In this document: one piece after another, positions 62,801 to 64,000 of the stretch
Layout: each line of letters begins with the position of its first letter
How positions within the stretch are numbered: the stretch's first letter is position 1
Source: the human T2T-CHM13v2.0 reference genome, Homo sapiens
DNA length: 64,000 bases
Reading direction: 5' to 3' (one strand)
Assembly: GCF_009914755.1 (NCBI RefSeq)
Contig: NC_060927.1
The notes under the pieces: generated by a model
What the model was told of the DNA's origin: nothing
What the model saw: the letters and a program-made list of their open reading frames with translations, nothing else
Databases searched by the model: none
Position numbers and translations under genes: made by a program

Positions 62801-63242
62801 TGCGATGGTTCATTTTATGTCAACTTGACTAGCACACTGGGGTGCCCAGATATTTGATAAACATTATTTTGGGTGTGTCCATGAGGGTGCTTTTGGATGA
62901 GATTAACATTTGAATAATTGAACTGAATAAAAAATAAAGCGGGTTGCCCTCTAACATGAATGGGGCACATTCAATCAGTTGAAGACCTCAATAGAAGTAA
63001 AGGCTGAACCTTTCATGAGTAGCAGTGAATTTCCTCCTGCCTAACTGTCTTGAGCTGGCATATCAATTGATGTATTCCTTCGAACTAAAACTGAAGCATC
63101 TTGGGTCTTGAGCCTATAGCCCTTCACACTGAAACTATACCATTGGCTCTCTTGGGTCTCCGGCCTGCTGACAGCATATTTTGGGAATTGTCAGACTCCA
63201 TAATTTTGTGAGCCAATTCTTTGGAGAACCCCGATCAATCCA
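62801..63242 (+). mobile_element. MLT2C/D-like ERVL solo LTR inserted in a MER5-like relic
   Basis: TGCGATGGTTCATTTTATGTCAACTTGACT...GATGAGATTAACATTTGAAT...TGGAGAACCCCGATCAATCCA. Confidence 0.8.
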
Positions 63243-63869
63243 GTACTTCTGGGGTGGTACCTGAGATTCTGCATTCTATCTACCTTCCAGATGATCTTGG
63301 TCCATGGACCACACTTCTAGGAGCAGAGGTCAGAGCACCAACGTAACCTGGGAGTTTATTACAAACACAGAACCTCAGACCCTGAGTTCAGACCCAGTGA
63401 ATCAGAATCTTCATTTTTAACAAGATTCTTAGCTGGCCCATTTGCACACAATAATTTAAGAAGCACTGTTCCAGCGTGGTAGTAATCAGTCCTGAGTATG
63501 GAGTAGAATCGCCTGAATAGCATTAAAAAACAAACAAACAAATGATGTCTAGACTCCACTCCAATTAAATCAGAATCTCAGAGAATAGAGCCTGGATGGG
63601 TTTTAAAAACTGCACAGATGACATTAATGTGCAGTCATGAATGAAAACTATTGGTCAAAAATAAAGACTGAAGGCCAACAATGACCGTCTTTGAGGCTCT
63701 TAATGAAAGAAAATTAATTATCTAGATGCTAGGATGGAAGTCAAAGATCTTAAACAAATATAGTATTTCTGGAAATTGACTCAATAGTTAACCAAGCAGT
63801 CAAACCCTTGACTAAAACACCAAAGGAAATATAGCACTACTGTGTATAAGAAAAAAACTGTACAATTTA

Positions 63870-64000
63870 CTTTGTATTTTTAAATTTTTATTTATTTCTT
63901 TATTTTTTGAGATGGCATTTTGCTCTTGTTGCCCAGGCTAGAGTGCAATGGTGCGATCTCAGCTCACTGCAGCCTCCACCTCTTGGGTCCAAGCAATTCT
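63870..64000 (-). mobile_element. Alu, cut by the window edge
   Basis: T-rich tail and reverse right arm. Confidence 0.9.

Overview
This is primate (very likely human) non-coding genomic DNA, AT-rich and dominated by transposable elements. I found no intact protein-coding exon, rRNA, tRNA or CRISPR array. Main contents: (1) a 5.6-kb deleted-type HERV-H provirus (16916-22519, +, TCTCC target-site duplication [TSD]) lying head-to-head with a solo LTR7 (16325-16692, -) 223 bp away; (2) solo LTRs of LTR6, MER11, MLT2A, LTR12C and MLT2C/D type; (3) a 3.4-kb NMNAT1 processed pseudogene (38844-42251, +) inserted into an old L1 with a 12-bp TSD; (4) an old full-length U6 snRNA copy fused to L1 (U6/L1 chimera, -); (5) a twin-primed, 5'-inverted L1MA; (6) about 28 Alu/FLAM copies plus L1M, hAT, MIR and L2 relics. 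Almost all ORFs in the supplied track are Alu-, L1- or LTR-derived noise. From memory, an NMNAT1 pseudogene next to a HERV-H suggests 3q28 near P3H2/LEPREL1; this is unverified and needs BLAT. I cannot support a wholly new biological system. The best leads are the divergent LTR7 pair, an uninterrupted ESRG-like HERV-H leader ORF fused to Gag, the U6/L1 chimera, a patchwork templated insertion in the NMNAT1 retrocopy, and an unidentified coding-like segment at about 26.1-26.9 kb. Subfamily names come from recalled consensus sequences, not a RepeatMasker run.
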